Shown here one piece after another: positions 34,261-44,892 of a DNA stretch of 45,798 nucleotides. Positions within the stretch are counted from its first letter, which is position 1. Each line of letters starts with the position of its first letter. A program made the position numbers and the translations under genes. This DNA is from a virus (lineage: Duplodnaviria; Caudoviricetes): IMG/VR virus record IMGVR_UViG_3300031890_000019, positions 1-45,798 of that record, one strand, 5' to 3'. Under the pieces are notes generated by a model. That model was not told the origin of the DNA, did no database searches, and saw only the letters and a list, made by a program, of their open reading frames with translations.

Positions 34261-37200
34261 GCGGCGAGATCTATCATCTTAGGGATGGCAAGCAGGGTGC
34301 AGTTGAGATTGTACTGCGTCTTGAACGAGATTCCATCGAGCGGGCGCAGCTCAAGGAAGTATTGCGTAAGCGGATAGAATACCGGCGTGTTGACCTGCAC
34401 GGTGGTCTGATAGGGCAGGAACATCAACGTGTCGAACGGGATCTCCACATAGGTCCATCCCTGTTGCAGCGTGATGGTCTGGATGATGGTGACGTACTGA
34501 TAGGTATTGTAGGCGACGTAGGGAATTGTCTGCTGTGTCGTAATCGTCTGCGTCGGGCCGGGGGTGGTGCCGGTCATCCATCGATTTTGCAGCGATACCT
34601 GCCCGAGCGAATTAATGGGGAAGATCACGCCATCATCATTGGAGCTGCTGGCAACCGGCGTCGAGAAGCCGACATCGGAGGTGTTTGGATCGACGACGAT
34701 AGTGCCGCCCTGTTCTTCATAGAAAGTGCCACTGGTGTAGCCGGGATCGGTATAGGCTTGCCCGGTTATTGGCGTCATCGGCGTGCCGGTGCCTACCGCC
34801 GCCGCGATAGTGACGTAACCGCGCAGCTCACCCTTGTCGCCGTGCCCGGTAAACCGATAGCTCACGATCTTGCCGACCATGCTGCCGCCGGGCAGCCGAT
34901 GGTCGTAGAGGATCACGCCCATGCGGCAGGAAAGGGAGATCGCAAGCTCGAACCGGCATTCAAATGAAACCTGTACACACCTTGAGCGCATCAGCAGATG
35001 GGCACGGGCGCGATTGACGAGATAGCCGAGACTGTTGAGACCACGTGAAGTTGGCAGATAGGCGTTGGCGGCAAGATTATTGAGCAGCGGGACTTGCATG
35101 GTGTCGCCTGCAGCAAGCCCCTGCCCCAAGGAAATCCACGTCACGCCGCCGTCCTGCGTGATCCCGCCCGCCGCCGATTGGAATGACGGCTCGGGATGAG
35201 CCGGATTCACGTCGGCAAGGCCGTTGAGGCCGTTGCTATAGACCTGAGTCACGCCTGTCGTAAGCGCGAGCTGATAGGAAAGCAGACCCGCTGGCGGTTG
35301 TGGGGGCAAAATACCCCACTGCGCGATCACACCGCTCTGCACCGCGCCGTTAACGGGCGGCTGCGGAATGATGGTCGGCGGGGCTTGATAAAAGCTTGCG
35401 CGAATGATCGTGCCCGCCTGCACGGTGGCATTGGCGACCTCGCGCCAGATCGGGAAGGTAGTCGGCAATTGGTAGCCGACGATGGCCCAGACCGCCGCGC
35501 CATCGTTGACAAGCGTACCCGTGATGTCGGGCCAATTTGGTTCTGTGCCACCTATGCCGCCGGGAACGATGCAGATCGCGTATATTGTCTGTGGGGAAAA
35601 TTCCGGCGTCGAGGCGACGAATTGGCCTTGGTTTACGTAGCCGCTGCCGCCGCCTGCAACCGTATATGAATACCACATCAGCGGGAGTATCAGCGGCGAA
35701 CTGGCATCGCCACCCGTGACTTGCAGGATCTCGGTATCGGTGGAAGCGGGTTCTCCGGGTTCCGTGTAGACGTTCTGCAAATCTCCGGAAAGCGTAAAGT
35801 CGATGTTCTCTGTGCGCGGCCTGTTGGCCTCGTAGTCGAGCGTCAGGAAGGTGGAAAGATTCCATAACGCGACCATCGTCTGATCGTAGTGGACGTGCAG
35901 CGGGATATTTATCCCGGTCGGAGCACCGCCAAGGTTGGGAATGCCATAGGGATTAACGACTCCGCCCTGCGCCAGATAGGCGTAGGTCCATACCTGTCCT
36001 TCGCACGGCCACTCCACCCACGAGGCGTCCTCGGTCATCACATCGCCGGTCAAATGCGTCGTCTGCGCGTTCTCGTAGTGGAAGTGCCGTGATTGCGGCG
36101 AGCCATGCAGAGCGCCGTTAATGGCAATCGCGAATGACGTGGAAACGGTATAGCCGCCTGCGAGCTGCGCACCCGGCTTGGGCCAATCGCTGATGATCGA
36201 TTCGCCATTCCACGCATTGACGGCCCACTGGCCGACATAAAAGCGGCCCGCCGATTGCTGTGTCCACGTAACCGTACCGCGTACCCTGACATTGGTCAGC
36301 GGTACTTGCCCGACCTTGAGCGTCATCCCGTCATACCAATGCTGCTGCTCGGTGACGGTGACGTAGCCGTCCTCGGGAAGAAGGATGTCGCTGATCGTTA
36401 TGGCGAGGGTCAGTCGGTCGTAGTGATAGGTGGCTGAATAGGCTTCGAGCACCGTGTCGGGATCGTCACGTTTTTCCGGCACGACGAACAGCGGATCGTA
36501 GTACGGCAAAACGCGCAATCCCTCGGCGACTGACTGCTTCGCCAATAGGTAACGCACGTGCCGCGCCATAAAGTGCAGCGTGAGAACTTCCGCGAACAGA
36601 TCGTCCGGAATCGCCACGAGGCGTCCGAAGAACAGCGGCTGCACCTGCTGAGTCTGCGGATTGAGCCACGACAGCCATGCCCACACTTTCTGACCGGGCT
36701 TGAGATAGCCCTGATACCTGTTTTTGATTTCGACCTTGATGCCGGGAAATTCCGCTTCCTTGTGCTCCATATCCAATGACAGCACGGCCTCGTCGATGCG
36801 GCGATGATAGTTCGGGTCGAACACTGTTTCGGTAGAGTCCGCCCATGCGAAGAAGAATGCCTGCGTTAAGCTGACAGTAACGGGGCCGCCAGTAGGCGGC
36901 GGTGGAGTGACGACGGGCGGTCCAGTGGAAGTTACAAAACTCTGACCAACCGCTGTCGCCGTGCCGATGCCATTGGCATGGCCGACAGCAACCACAGTCA
37001 TCAACGGAGATGCGTTGGCGGTGCCTATGCCTGCCGCATTGCCGACACTAGGGGCAAGGATCGTAGCGGTTGCTGCGGCGGTGCCAACGCCGCTGGCATT
37101 GCCAACCCCTGCGACATTGCGTGATCTGAGGCCGACTGCGGTTGCGGTGCCGACCCCGGCTGCGGCTCCTGCGGGTGCGGCAAAGGCACTGGCGGTGCCG

Positions 37201-37715
37201 ATACCGGAAGCGGCTCCCACCGCCGCATTTGCATTGACGCCAACGGCAGTCGCCGTGCCGGTCCCTGCGGCAGCGCCAACTCCGGTTTGCAGCGTCGTGG
37301 CCGCGCCGACCGCCGTTGCCGTGCCGGTGCCATTGGCGGTGCCGGTCCCGCTTTGTAGGGTCGTGCCAGAGCCGACCGCGTTCGCGCTGCCGGTGCCGGT
37401 AGCGGTGCCAGCACTTGTTGTTGCGCTTGTGGGATAGGCGTTCGCGCTGCCGGTGCCAGCAGCCGAACCGACGCCGATTGCTAATCCCTGAGTAGAACCG
37501 GCTGCCGTTGCATCGCCGGTCCCGGCGGCAGTTCCCGCCCCTGTTGGAGCGTCTTGTCCAACTGCGGTTGCGGTGCCAGTGCCGCTGGCGCTACCTGCGC
37601 CAATGACAAGATAACTGGTGCTGCGCCAGACCTCCGCGCCGATCTGCGTGACGCGGATTTTCGATGGGTTTTGTACCCAAACTTCAATGCCGGTCTGGGT
37701 GACGCGAATAGCCAC
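34257..37715 (-). CDS. large tail (hub/baseplate-like) protein with N-terminal Gly/Ala/Thr repeats
   Basis: About 240 aa of G.A.G.GTATAVG repeats, a PPP linker, then PLFFGRLVAIP-containing body and EP.W/F...DG...W repeats. Confidence 0.7.
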   Translation of the reverse strand: MAIRVTQTGIEVWVQNPSKIRVTQIGAEVWRSTSYLVIGAGSASGTGTATAVGQDAPTGAGTAAGTGDATAAGSTQGLAIGVGSAAGTGSANAYPTSATTSAGTATGTGSANAVGSGTTLQSGTGTANGTGTATAVGAATTLQTGVGAAAGTGTATAVGVNANAAVGAASGIGTASAFAAPAGAAAGVGTATAVGLRSRNVAGVGNASGVGTAAATATILAPSVGNAAGIGTANASPLMTVVAVGHANGIGTATAVGQSFVTSTGPPVVTPPPPTGGPVTVSLTQAFFFAWADSTETVFDPNYHRRIDEAVLSLDMEHKEAEFPGIKVEIKNRYQGYLKPGQKVWAWLSWLNPQTQQVQPLFFGRLVAIPDDLFAEVLTLHFMARHVRYLLAKQSVAEGLRVLPYYDPLFVVPEKRDDPDTVLEAYSATYHYDRLTLAITISDILLPEDGYVTVTEQQHWYDGMTLKVGQVPLTNVRVRGTVTWTQQSAGRFYVGQWAVNAWNGESIISDWPKPGAQLAGGYTVSTSFAIAINGALHGSPQSRHFHYENAQTTHLTGDVMTEDASWVEWPCEGQVWTYAYLAQGGVVNPYGIPNLGGAPTGINIPLHVHYDQTMVALWNLSTFLTLDYEANRPRTENIDFTLSGDLQNVYTEPGEPASTDTEILQVTGGDASSPLILPLMWYSYTVAGGGSGYVNQGQFVASTPEFSPQTIYAICIVPGGIGGTEPNWPDITGTLVNDGAAVWAIVGYQLPTTFPIWREVANATVQAGTIIRASFYQAPPTIIPQPPVNGAVQSGVIAQWGILPPQPPAGLLSYQLALTTGVTQVYSNGLNGLADVNPAHPEPSFQSAAGGITQDGGVTWISLGQGLAAGDTMQVPLLNNLAANAYLPTSRGLNSLGYLVNRARAHLLMRSRCVQVSFECRFELAISLSCRMGVILYDHRLPGGSMVGKIVSYRFTGHGDKGELRGYVTIAAAVGTGTPMTPITGQAYTDPGYTSGTFYEEQGGTIVVDPNTSDVGFSTPVASSSNDDGVIFPINSLGQVSLQNRWMTGTTPGPTQTITTQQTIPYVAYNTYQYVTIIQTITLQQGWTYVEIPFDTLMFLPYQTTVQVNTPVFYPLTQYFLELRPLDGISFKTQYNLNCTLLAIPKMIDLAA

Positions 37716-37716
37716 G

Positions 37717-38178
37717 TCACGTCACCTTGAGGTTCAGCGCCTTTACGGCGCGTTCACGTGCCTCCTTCATGCGTTGGCGTATATGCGGAACGTCGCCCTC
37801 CTTCCCGTCGCCATAGGCTTCGAGGACGGCATCCTCCATTGCTTTCTGGATTTCGGCCATCGCCGGTTGGAGCAGCTCCGAGGCGGCGTTGACCGAAATA
37901 CCGACCGCCGTCACCACCTTCGGATAGATGCGCTCTGCGGCTGGCTTTAAGTCGTCTGGCAATTGTGATGGGAGATTGTGATCGAGCAACCAACGATGCG
38001 AATAGGCACGCAGCTTCAATGCAATCGAGTTCGCCATCGTGCGCGCCATGTGCAGCGCTACCAAGGCTTCCTTGTCGTCCTTTGGTTGCGGCAAACCCGG
38101 ATACACAAGCGCCCATAAACGGCGTGCGCCGTCCGCATCGCCCGCTTCCAAATAACGGCGCATGTCCGTGACGTACAT
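37717..38178 (-). CDS. hypothetical protein in the tail module
   Basis: TGATG coupling at 38176-38180; starts MYVTDMRRYLE. Confidence 0.55.
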   Translation of the reverse strand: MYVTDMRRYLEAGDADGARRLWALVYPGLPQPKDDKEALVALHMARTMANSIALKLRAYSHRWLLDHNLPSQLPDDLKPAAERIYPKVVTAVGISVNAASELLQPAMAEIQKAMEDAVLEAYGDGKEGDVPHIRQRMKEARERAVKALNLKVT

Positions 38179-38615
38179 CAGTCGAGCGTGATCGCTGTCG
38201 CCGTCGACAACTGCGGAGTGACGCCGCTGCCGCAGACGATGTTGGGTGTGACAGTGCCCGACCAGAGGATCGCCGCCGCGCCGCCGCCGGTCTTGCCGGT
38301 GGAAAAGAACGATGCGGTGCCAGAGCCGCCCGTGCCAGCGGGGAAGGTAATGGCAGACACGGGATTGATTGTCGTCGGACTTGATCCGGAAATTGCCCAT
38401 CCGCCGGTCGTGCGCGCGACGCTCGCGCGCGCGTAGCTGGTATAGGCGATTTCATTGGTGCTCATCGTGCCAGCGGTCGTCGGGTCAGCCGTGTTCAAGC
38501 CGATCTGAGTGCTGGTCTGCGGCGAACTGGCCGCGTTATCGGCATAGTTGGCCCATGCGACTGCCTGAAAGGTCAATGCTAGGATCGCATTCTGAGTCGC
38601 GTTGGATATTGGCAT
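38178..38615 (-). CDS. minor tail protein
   Basis: IGLNTADP...NEIAYTSYARASV...ITFP...G.TPQ pattern typical of phage minor tail proteins. Confidence 0.7.
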   Translation of the reverse strand: MPISNATQNAILALTFQAVAWANYADNAASSPQTSTQIGLNTADPTTAGTMSTNEIAYTSYARASVARTTGGWAISGSSPTTINPVSAITFPAGTGGSGTASFFSTGKTGGGAAAILWSGTVTPNIVCGSGVTPQLSTATAITLD

Positions 38616-38627
38616 TTTCAGTTCCTT

Positions 38628-39092
38628 TCATGTTTCTTCGAGATCGATCTGCCATGCGTATTCCGCTCGCCATTCGCGGAAGGTGTTCTTGATGGCCTTG
38701 ACCATCATAGTCAAAATTGGCCGATAGTATTCAAAATGGCCTTCGCCACGGATTGAACCGGGGACAACGGGACGGAACGGCGTGCCGCCGAGTGGGTAGT
38801 TGAGTTCTGCCGCGCACTCGACCGAGCATTGTTGCCCGATCCAAGCGTCGTCGAGGCATGGCGTGTTCTGGTCACTGCATGAAATGGTCGATTGATACTT
38901 GCGAAACGGCGGATACGTCAGATCGTGCAGCATTCCGGAAACGTCGCGGCGGACAAGCAGGGCTGATCCAATTATCGGCTCAAGCGTCTGCGTCAGACCG
39001 CGCACCGCGTAAGGTGTGAGCGTGAGCGAGGAGATTCCTGATAATGGAGTGATTATGAGGAGAGTATTATTCGGCAAATTCAACAGCGGCAT
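38628..39092 (-). CDS. distal-tail-like protein
   Basis: Follows the tape measure; RGLTQTL.PI, RR.V.G.L.DL, RKY.S.I, W..DLEE motifs. Confidence 0.6.
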   Translation of the reverse strand: MPLLNLPNNTLLIITPLSGISSLTLTPYAVRGLTQTLEPIIGSALLVRRDVSGMLHDLTYPPFRKYQSTISCSDQNTPCLDDAWIGQQCSVECAAELNYPLGGTPFRPVVPGSIRGEGHFEYYRPILTMMVKAIKNTFREWRAEYAWQIDLEET

Positions 39093-39604
39093 TAGCGGCG
39101 CTCGCGTCTATTGTTGGCTTGCTCTTTGCGTGTGGCCCACTTGCAATTTGATGGCTCGTAATTGCCGTCGTTATCGGTACGGTCGATGGTGTATGTGATT
39201 GATGGTTTTAGCCCCATATCGGCAAGAAAATTTTCAAAACTATTAAGCCAACGGTCGCAGACCATGATCCCTCTGCCGCCGTAATATCTATAGTTTTTAT
39301 GTTTGAGATCGAGACACCGACTTTTCATCGCCATCCAAGACCTATATTCCGGCGATTGTCGTCCTCGCGGGGCACATCCGTGCGTGCGTTGCCAGCCGCC
39401 CTTGCGGCGGTTACGTGCAAAAATTTCTTTGATAAGGCAGCCGCATGAACGGCTGACACCGCCTCGCAAAGAGTCGCTAATCACGGCAACCTGATTGCCG
39501 CAGTCACAGAGGCATAGGAATCTTGTGTGCCTTCCGCAATTTTCAACTCGCCTGACGACAACCAACCGGCCAAACCGCTGTCCGGTAATATCTATAAACT
39601 TCAT
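39092..39604 (-). CDS. HNH homing endonuclease
   Basis: DITGQRFGRLVV, CLCDCG, SCGC, EYRSWMAMKSRC, YGGRGI.VC.RW, IDRTDNDGNYEPSNCKWAT. Confidence 0.85.
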   Translation of the reverse strand: MKFIDITGQRFGRLVVVRRVENCGRHTRFLCLCDCGNQVAVISDSLRGGVSRSCGCLIKEIFARNRRKGGWQRTHGCAPRGRQSPEYRSWMAMKSRCLDLKHKNYRYYGGRGIMVCDRWLNSFENFLADMGLKPSITYTIDRTDNDGNYEPSNCKWATRKEQANNRRERR

Positions 39605-39614
39605 AGTCTGTCCC

Positions 39615-42600
39615 TCACCTGTACCACGAGGGCTTGGAGCCACCTGATCGCAGCTTACGATCAACGGCATAATTCTGCACCTGGTCGATGGCGTGCGGCG
39701 GCGCGGTAAATCCGCTGAACGTATTGCCATCGATGACGATGTTGACCGGATGACCCTGCGGTGCGGAGCCAGCAGAGCTGCCGCCGATCCCGACACTCAT
39801 GTTGTTAGACGACGGTTGCATTGTTTCGCTGAGACCGCCGACCAAACCGCCATTGAACATTTCTGCAATAGCCGAGCCCACTATGGCTGGTTCAGGTGAC
39901 GATGCACGCTCTCTTGGGAGCCCACCGAGAGTAGGCAATGCACCGCCACCGCTACGGCGGTCACTGGCTGCCGCGTAGTTGATTGTTTGATCGCTGCTGT
40001 CTACCGATCCACCGCTGGAAAATGTTTGCGCAATTGAACCGAAATAGTTTGCGAGATTGCTGACAGTGCTGCCAACCGCGTTGCTTACCGGCCCTCCGCG
40101 AGCAAAATGTTGAACGATAGAGCTGAGATTGCTGATGCCAACTCGTCCGCCGTCAGAGAACGATTGAGCGAACCTGCTGCTGACGAGATTGTTGACAAGA
40201 CCGCCCGTTACATAGTTTCGAATAATGTGATCGACCAAACCGCCCGCGCTGGCGCCGGGGGCCGCTTGCGAGTCGGCTTCTCCCGCATTTGGATTGCGGG
40301 TGTCTTTCGCTATTTGACCATCCCCGGCGAAGGGCGAGGTATGGATAATAATGCTATCCCCAACTGATCCGCCAGTCGCAAAATGCTCATTGATGCTGTT
40401 GCTGGTTACATCGCCGCCGACAACACCTCCGGCTGCAAAGTGTGGTGCATTGATGTTTGTGGTGTCGCCGTCCTGTTGTGTGTTAGTGACGTGCGAACTC
40501 GAGTCCGTGTCTGGCCGGATTAAAACGCTAGGCTGGCGGGTACTGCCATGACGGTCGCGAACGTCAAAAGTGCCTCTATCCCCAACTGATCCGCCACTAG
40601 CGAATGATTGCTCGCTGCTGATCCGGCTTACGCCGCCGATGACAGTATCACCACCAACTATACCCCCGGTGGCAAAGCGCGGTGCGTTGATGTTTGTGGT
40701 ATCACCGCCCTGTTGTGTAGTTACGCCGCGGGTTTCGCTACGTGAGGCGTCGATGACCGTGCCGCCAGCGGCAAAATGCTGAGTATCAGACGAGGACGAA
40801 TCAATGCTGATTGGTCCGCCTGTGCTGAAATGAGTCTGCGAACCTTCTTGAGTGATATTTGGAGCTGCCGCTGTATGCCGCACAGAGAGATCACCCTGCC
40901 GCTCTGGCGAGCCGTCACTGGCCTTCTGCTGGCTTTGCTTCTCGGGCTGCTGGTGGGATACAGCATTGGCTTCCATGCGGGTTGAAACATCACCGCCGCG
41001 CACATTGACGACACCGCCGCCCGCAAAATGCTGAATGATAGTCTTGTCGGTATCTCCGCTTACGGGGCCGCCGGTGGCAAAATATTGGCCCGCTGATACG
41101 TTTGTCGTTTGATTGCTGGCTGTCGTGCTGTCAGTCGCCGTCGTGCTGGTCGTATCACCGCCGATTTCCCCACCTTCTGCAAAAGTAGTCGGAGCGTTGA
41201 TGCTGGTTGCGCCATCGCCTATCACCGCTCCTCCGGCTGTGAATTGTCTGGCATTGATATTTGTGCTGCTGGTGATATTTTTTACGTCGCCGCCAGCGGC
41301 AAATGAGGCAGTATCAACATTGCTATCACCACCTGTGATGTTTTGAGTGCTGATGCTTGATTGTTTACTCGCTTGCTCGCTGATCGTGTTCTGACTTTGT
41401 GTTGTGCTTTTTACATCGCCGCCAACGGCATAAGACGACCAAGCCTGGTTCAAATTTGTTGAATTGGCTAGAGCAACCTCAACCTCGCCGCCTTTCGCGT
41501 AATCACCGCGTGCGATCAAACCTCCCCAGGCGTGAGGACGGAAATGACTGATAGCTTCACCGAGGTTACTGCCATCGGCCCTGACAACATACTCGCCAAC
41601 GGAGAGCATGGCCGGAACGTCATCGCTGGTGCCGCTACCGAAGCCGCGAACGTGACCGCCGCCAGCTTGCTCAACTCCGGGTCCAAGCATTCCTCCTCGC
41701 GCTGGAGCCGGAGCTGCTTGTTGATTTAACTGACCCAGCTTGCCTGTCGTTTTATCAACTTCCGTTTGAAGTTTTTGGAGTGACGCTGAGGTGGCGTCTG
41801 CTGGTGCCGGTATCTTGCCCAGACTTGCTGAAACGTCTGGTATCTTGGATGTCTCTAGCGTTGGTTGACCGGCTGGTGGTGGCGGTGCTTGACTCGGAGG
41901 AACAAGAGGAACGCCTTGGCGCCTTAATTCCGCGTCGAACTGGGCTTGAGTAAATGGCCGCTCTATGTGCGGTGCTTTTGCCTCGGCTTCTGCCTTCTTC
42001 CTATCCTCCTCGATTTGTTTGAAAACCATATTGATCGGGCCGCCCGTTGCGGAGGGTCGGGTCAGATCAATCGGCAGCGACAATGGTACGCCGGGCTTCG
42101 GTCCTTCTTCCTCCTTCTTTGCCGCCTCCTTCTTCTTGGTTTCGACCTGCTTACTTGCTTCCGCTTCTGCCCTGACTTGTTCGGTCGCCTGCTCGATTGT
42201 CAGCGCCTCTGTTCGCCGTTTGTTGGCTACCTCCTCCTCCGATTTCATCACCAGATCGAGCGCCTTGGACTCCTGTGCCCGCGTCAGCGGTGCCCGCACA
42301 TCAGCAAGGCTATAAGCTTGGCGATACCCGGCCTCGCCCGGTTGCACGCGAGCTGCCAGCTCCTCGCGAGCTTGCGCCTCTGCCCGTCGCCGCATTGGCG
42401 CTTCTCTGGCTTCTCGTTCCTTTTCCGGAAGTGCCAAGAGTTGAGCCTCGACCTCGGGGCCTGCTCGTTTGCGCATCTCCACTACGAGTTCTTCGGTCCT
42501 AGCCTTGGTGTTCGCGTAATCTGCTTCGCGTATTTTCCGCTGTTCATCGCGGCGTTTCCGTTGTTCTTCCTCATACTGCTCGCCTGAAAGCGGCGGTACA

Positions 42601-44813
42601 CTCTCGCCCTCGCCGAGATAGGGTGTCTCAAAAGCCTGCTCTCTTGGCGTGACTACCGTTGTTGGCTGGGTCACACGCAGCCCCAACCTCGCCTGGGCCT
42701 GCCGTTCCGCTTCCGCTGCGGTTTCCGGCTCTCTTTCTTCGGGCTTCTTCATTGCCTTCTGAACGGCAGCGATAGCCGTTTCGAGACCAACGTCCAGAAC
42801 GGTGAGGACGATAGCCGTGACAATCGCTGTTGATAGAAAGCCCATGCCTGCTGCGCCGCCAGCGGCCAGTGCGCCACCACCCGCCAACGCAGCTTCCGTC
42901 GCCCCTACTCCACCACGCAGAGCGGTAGAGGCCCGTGCCAACAGGCCGGTCGCCGCCGCTTCCGTTTCCACTGCCTCGCCAATCACTGTAGCAGTAGCGA
43001 TCCGACGCATCCCTGACGCGCCCTGACCGGCGACAACAGAACCAACACCCTCTGTCGTGCCAAAGGTGCCGCTGACGCGCCGCAGCAGATTGCCTTCTTC
43101 GTCAACGATAAATTCCTTTGCGCCCGCCTTGGCTCCTACTTTCGCCATTGCACCGGCAGCCGTGGCTCCTGCCGCACCAGCCACCGCGCCTTCGACAGCG
43201 CCTGTCGCAGCACCCGCCGTCGCGGCAGGGGCACCGCCGCCGAATAATGCTTTCAGAGCAGTAGGAGCAAACATCGCCGCGATTGCGCCGCCGGGACCAA
43301 ACATGCCGCCGAGCGCCGCGAGGAATCCGCCGACGAATAGTGTGCCAGCAGTGCCGCCGAGAGCGGCCCAGCCGACAAGGCCAATGAGGCCCGCTGTTAT
43401 CTTGGAAATGTCCGTCCCTAACAGGCTATCGATTACGGACTTGATGCCGTTGATGGCCGACATGATGCCGTCGGCAACCGTTTTGATGACCCGGCCAACC
43501 TCGATCCAAGTGTTTTTCCATTTCTCCGCATTACCGCCGCCGACATCGATGCCGGTCATTGCCCCGACCAGCCCTTTGAGCGCATCGAAGAAGCCGATGA
43601 TGATCGGCTTCACCTGCGCGACCATATCGGTAGCCCAGCTCATTATCGCTTCATGGTTCTCCTCGATGTATTTGGTGAAGGTCTGCATCTGCTCCGTGAA
43701 AGTCGGAGCAAACATCAATCCGATCTGCTCCGTCGTTATCGACAGAGCGCTTGAGAGCCGGTTGAATGCCTGATGAAATTCTGTACCTGCCTTGGTCATC
43801 TTGTCGGTAATGACAAGCCCGAACTCCTCCATTCTTTTCTGATATTCTTTGAGCGCCTCGCTGCCCTGACTGAGCGGCACAACCATTTCCGTGCCGACAG
43901 TCCGGCCAAACAGGTGCATCTGCACCGCGCTGTTCAATGCCGCATTGCCGCTGTTCTTGAGGAAGTCGGCGAGGCGGAAAAGAATGTCGGTGACTTGCGG
44001 CCCGAAGCCCTGAATTGATTCCAGTGTGCCGTTGAACTTCTTTAGCGCTTCCTCTGCGCCCGGCGCGTTGGCGACAAGTCCCTTGGTGATATTCTCGACG
44101 CTGAGATTGGCTTCCTTGCCCGCCTCGGCGGCATTTTTCGTGCCTTCGGTGATGTCCTTGATGGCCTTGGCATAGGCCGGTTCTGAATTGCGCTGGTCAT
44201 CGCGGCGTTTTTTCTCGGCTACGCGCAGCGCCTCCTCGTGTTCCTCCAAATCTGTCTGCGACTCTTTCCGTTTTTCCAGCCGCTCCTGTTCCGGCGTAGC
44301 GAGCTGGTGTGCGAGATCGCCGGTCTCGTTAAGGACCTTGAGATGCTTTTGCCGCGCCTGCCAAAGCGCCTGCTCCGACTTCTCGACACTTAGCGTATCT
44401 TTGATCTGTATATCGGCGGCATTGGTGACGTCTATTTTGACTTGATTCCACGCCTCCGTGATGGTGCTGCCCATCCGCCGGAACATGGCCTGCATGTTGG
44501 CCGCGCCACCGCCCATCGCGCTGAGTGCGGTTTGCAGGGATGAAATACTCTCAACACTCTCGCCGGATTGTTTGGATAGGATCTCAAGACTATGCGCTGC
44601 CTGCGAGCTACGTTCGGCCCACAGGAATGAACTGCCGACAAGGCCCGCGAGCGCCCCCGCTGCGCCGCCTAGAACCTTTCCGACCGGACCAGCGGCCTCG
44701 GCGACGTGCTTGAATGCTTGGACGCCAGCCTCGCCAATGCGCCCGAAGGAGGCTATAACATCATCTGAGCCCGCTAGGGCTATCCTCTGGACGATATCCT
44801 CGAGGTCGGGCAC
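39615..44813 (-). CDS. tape measure protein
   Basis: 1732 aa, Ala/Gly-rich helical, hydrophobic stretch, G.GSGTSDDVPAMLS.GEYVV motif, many FAxGGxV repeats. Confidence 0.9.
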   Translation of the reverse strand: MPDLEDIVQRIALAGSDDVIASFGRIGEAGVQAFKHVAEAAGPVGKVLGGAAGALAGLVGSSFLWAERSSQAAHSLEILSKQSGESVESISSLQTALSAMGGGAANMQAMFRRMGSTITEAWNQVKIDVTNAADIQIKDTLSVEKSEQALWQARQKHLKVLNETGDLAHQLATPEQERLEKRKESQTDLEEHEEALRVAEKKRRDDQRNSEPAYAKAIKDITEGTKNAAEAGKEANLSVENITKGLVANAPGAEEALKKFNGTLESIQGFGPQVTDILFRLADFLKNSGNAALNSAVQMHLFGRTVGTEMVVPLSQGSEALKEYQKRMEEFGLVITDKMTKAGTEFHQAFNRLSSALSITTEQIGLMFAPTFTEQMQTFTKYIEENHEAIMSWATDMVAQVKPIIIGFFDALKGLVGAMTGIDVGGGNAEKWKNTWIEVGRVIKTVADGIMSAINGIKSVIDSLLGTDISKITAGLIGLVGWAALGGTAGTLFVGGFLAALGGMFGPGGAIAAMFAPTALKALFGGGAPAATAGAATGAVEGAVAGAAGATAAGAMAKVGAKAGAKEFIVDEEGNLLRRVSGTFGTTEGVGSVVAGQGASGMRRIATATVIGEAVETEAAATGLLARASTALRGGVGATEAALAGGGALAAGGAAGMGFLSTAIVTAIVLTVLDVGLETAIAAVQKAMKKPEEREPETAAEAERQAQARLGLRVTQPTTVVTPREQAFETPYLGEGESVPPLSGEQYEEEQRKRRDEQRKIREADYANTKARTEELVVEMRKRAGPEVEAQLLALPEKEREAREAPMRRRAEAQAREELAARVQPGEAGYRQAYSLADVRAPLTRAQESKALDLVMKSEEEVANKRRTEALTIEQATEQVRAEAEASKQVETKKKEAAKKEEEGPKPGVPLSLPIDLTRPSATGGPINMVFKQIEEDRKKAEAEAKAPHIERPFTQAQFDAELRRQGVPLVPPSQAPPPPAGQPTLETSKIPDVSASLGKIPAPADATSASLQKLQTEVDKTTGKLGQLNQQAAPAPARGGMLGPGVEQAGGGHVRGFGSGTSDDVPAMLSVGEYVVRADGSNLGEAISHFRPHAWGGLIARGDYAKGGEVEVALANSTNLNQAWSSYAVGGDVKSTTQSQNTISEQASKQSSISTQNITGGDSNVDTASFAAGGDVKNITSSTNINARQFTAGGAVIGDGATSINAPTTFAEGGEIGGDTTSTTATDSTTASNQTTNVSAGQYFATGGPVSGDTDKTIIQHFAGGGVVNVRGGDVSTRMEANAVSHQQPEKQSQQKASDGSPERQGDLSVRHTAAAPNITQEGSQTHFSTGGPISIDSSSSDTQHFAAGGTVIDASRSETRGVTTQQGGDTTNINAPRFATGGIVGGDTVIGGVSRISSEQSFASGGSVGDRGTFDVRDRHGSTRQPSVLIRPDTDSSSHVTNTQQDGDTTNINAPHFAAGGVVGGDVTSNSINEHFATGGSVGDSIIIHTSPFAGDGQIAKDTRNPNAGEADSQAAPGASAGGLVDHIIRNYVTGGLVNNLVSSRFAQSFSDGGRVGISNLSSIVQHFARGGPVSNAVGSTVSNLANYFGSIAQTFSSGGSVDSSDQTINYAAASDRRSGGGALPTLGGLPRERASSPEPAIVGSAIAEMFNGGLVGGLSETMQPSSNNMSVGIGGSSAGSAPQGHPVNIVIDGNTFSGFTAPPHAIDQVQNYAVDRKLRSGGSKPSWYR

Positions 44814-44892
44814 TTTATTTGCCCCATAGCAAACGAGCCGCCGAGACGTGCAACCGTCCCAACGGCTCTAACCAAGGACAAGGAGATAAGCC

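Noticed and set aside
36961-37437. Plus-strand Ala/Pro/Val ORF (likewise 43057-43773, 28757-29554, 11625-12293)
   Set aside because: Antisense shadows of well-supported genes in GC-rich DNA.
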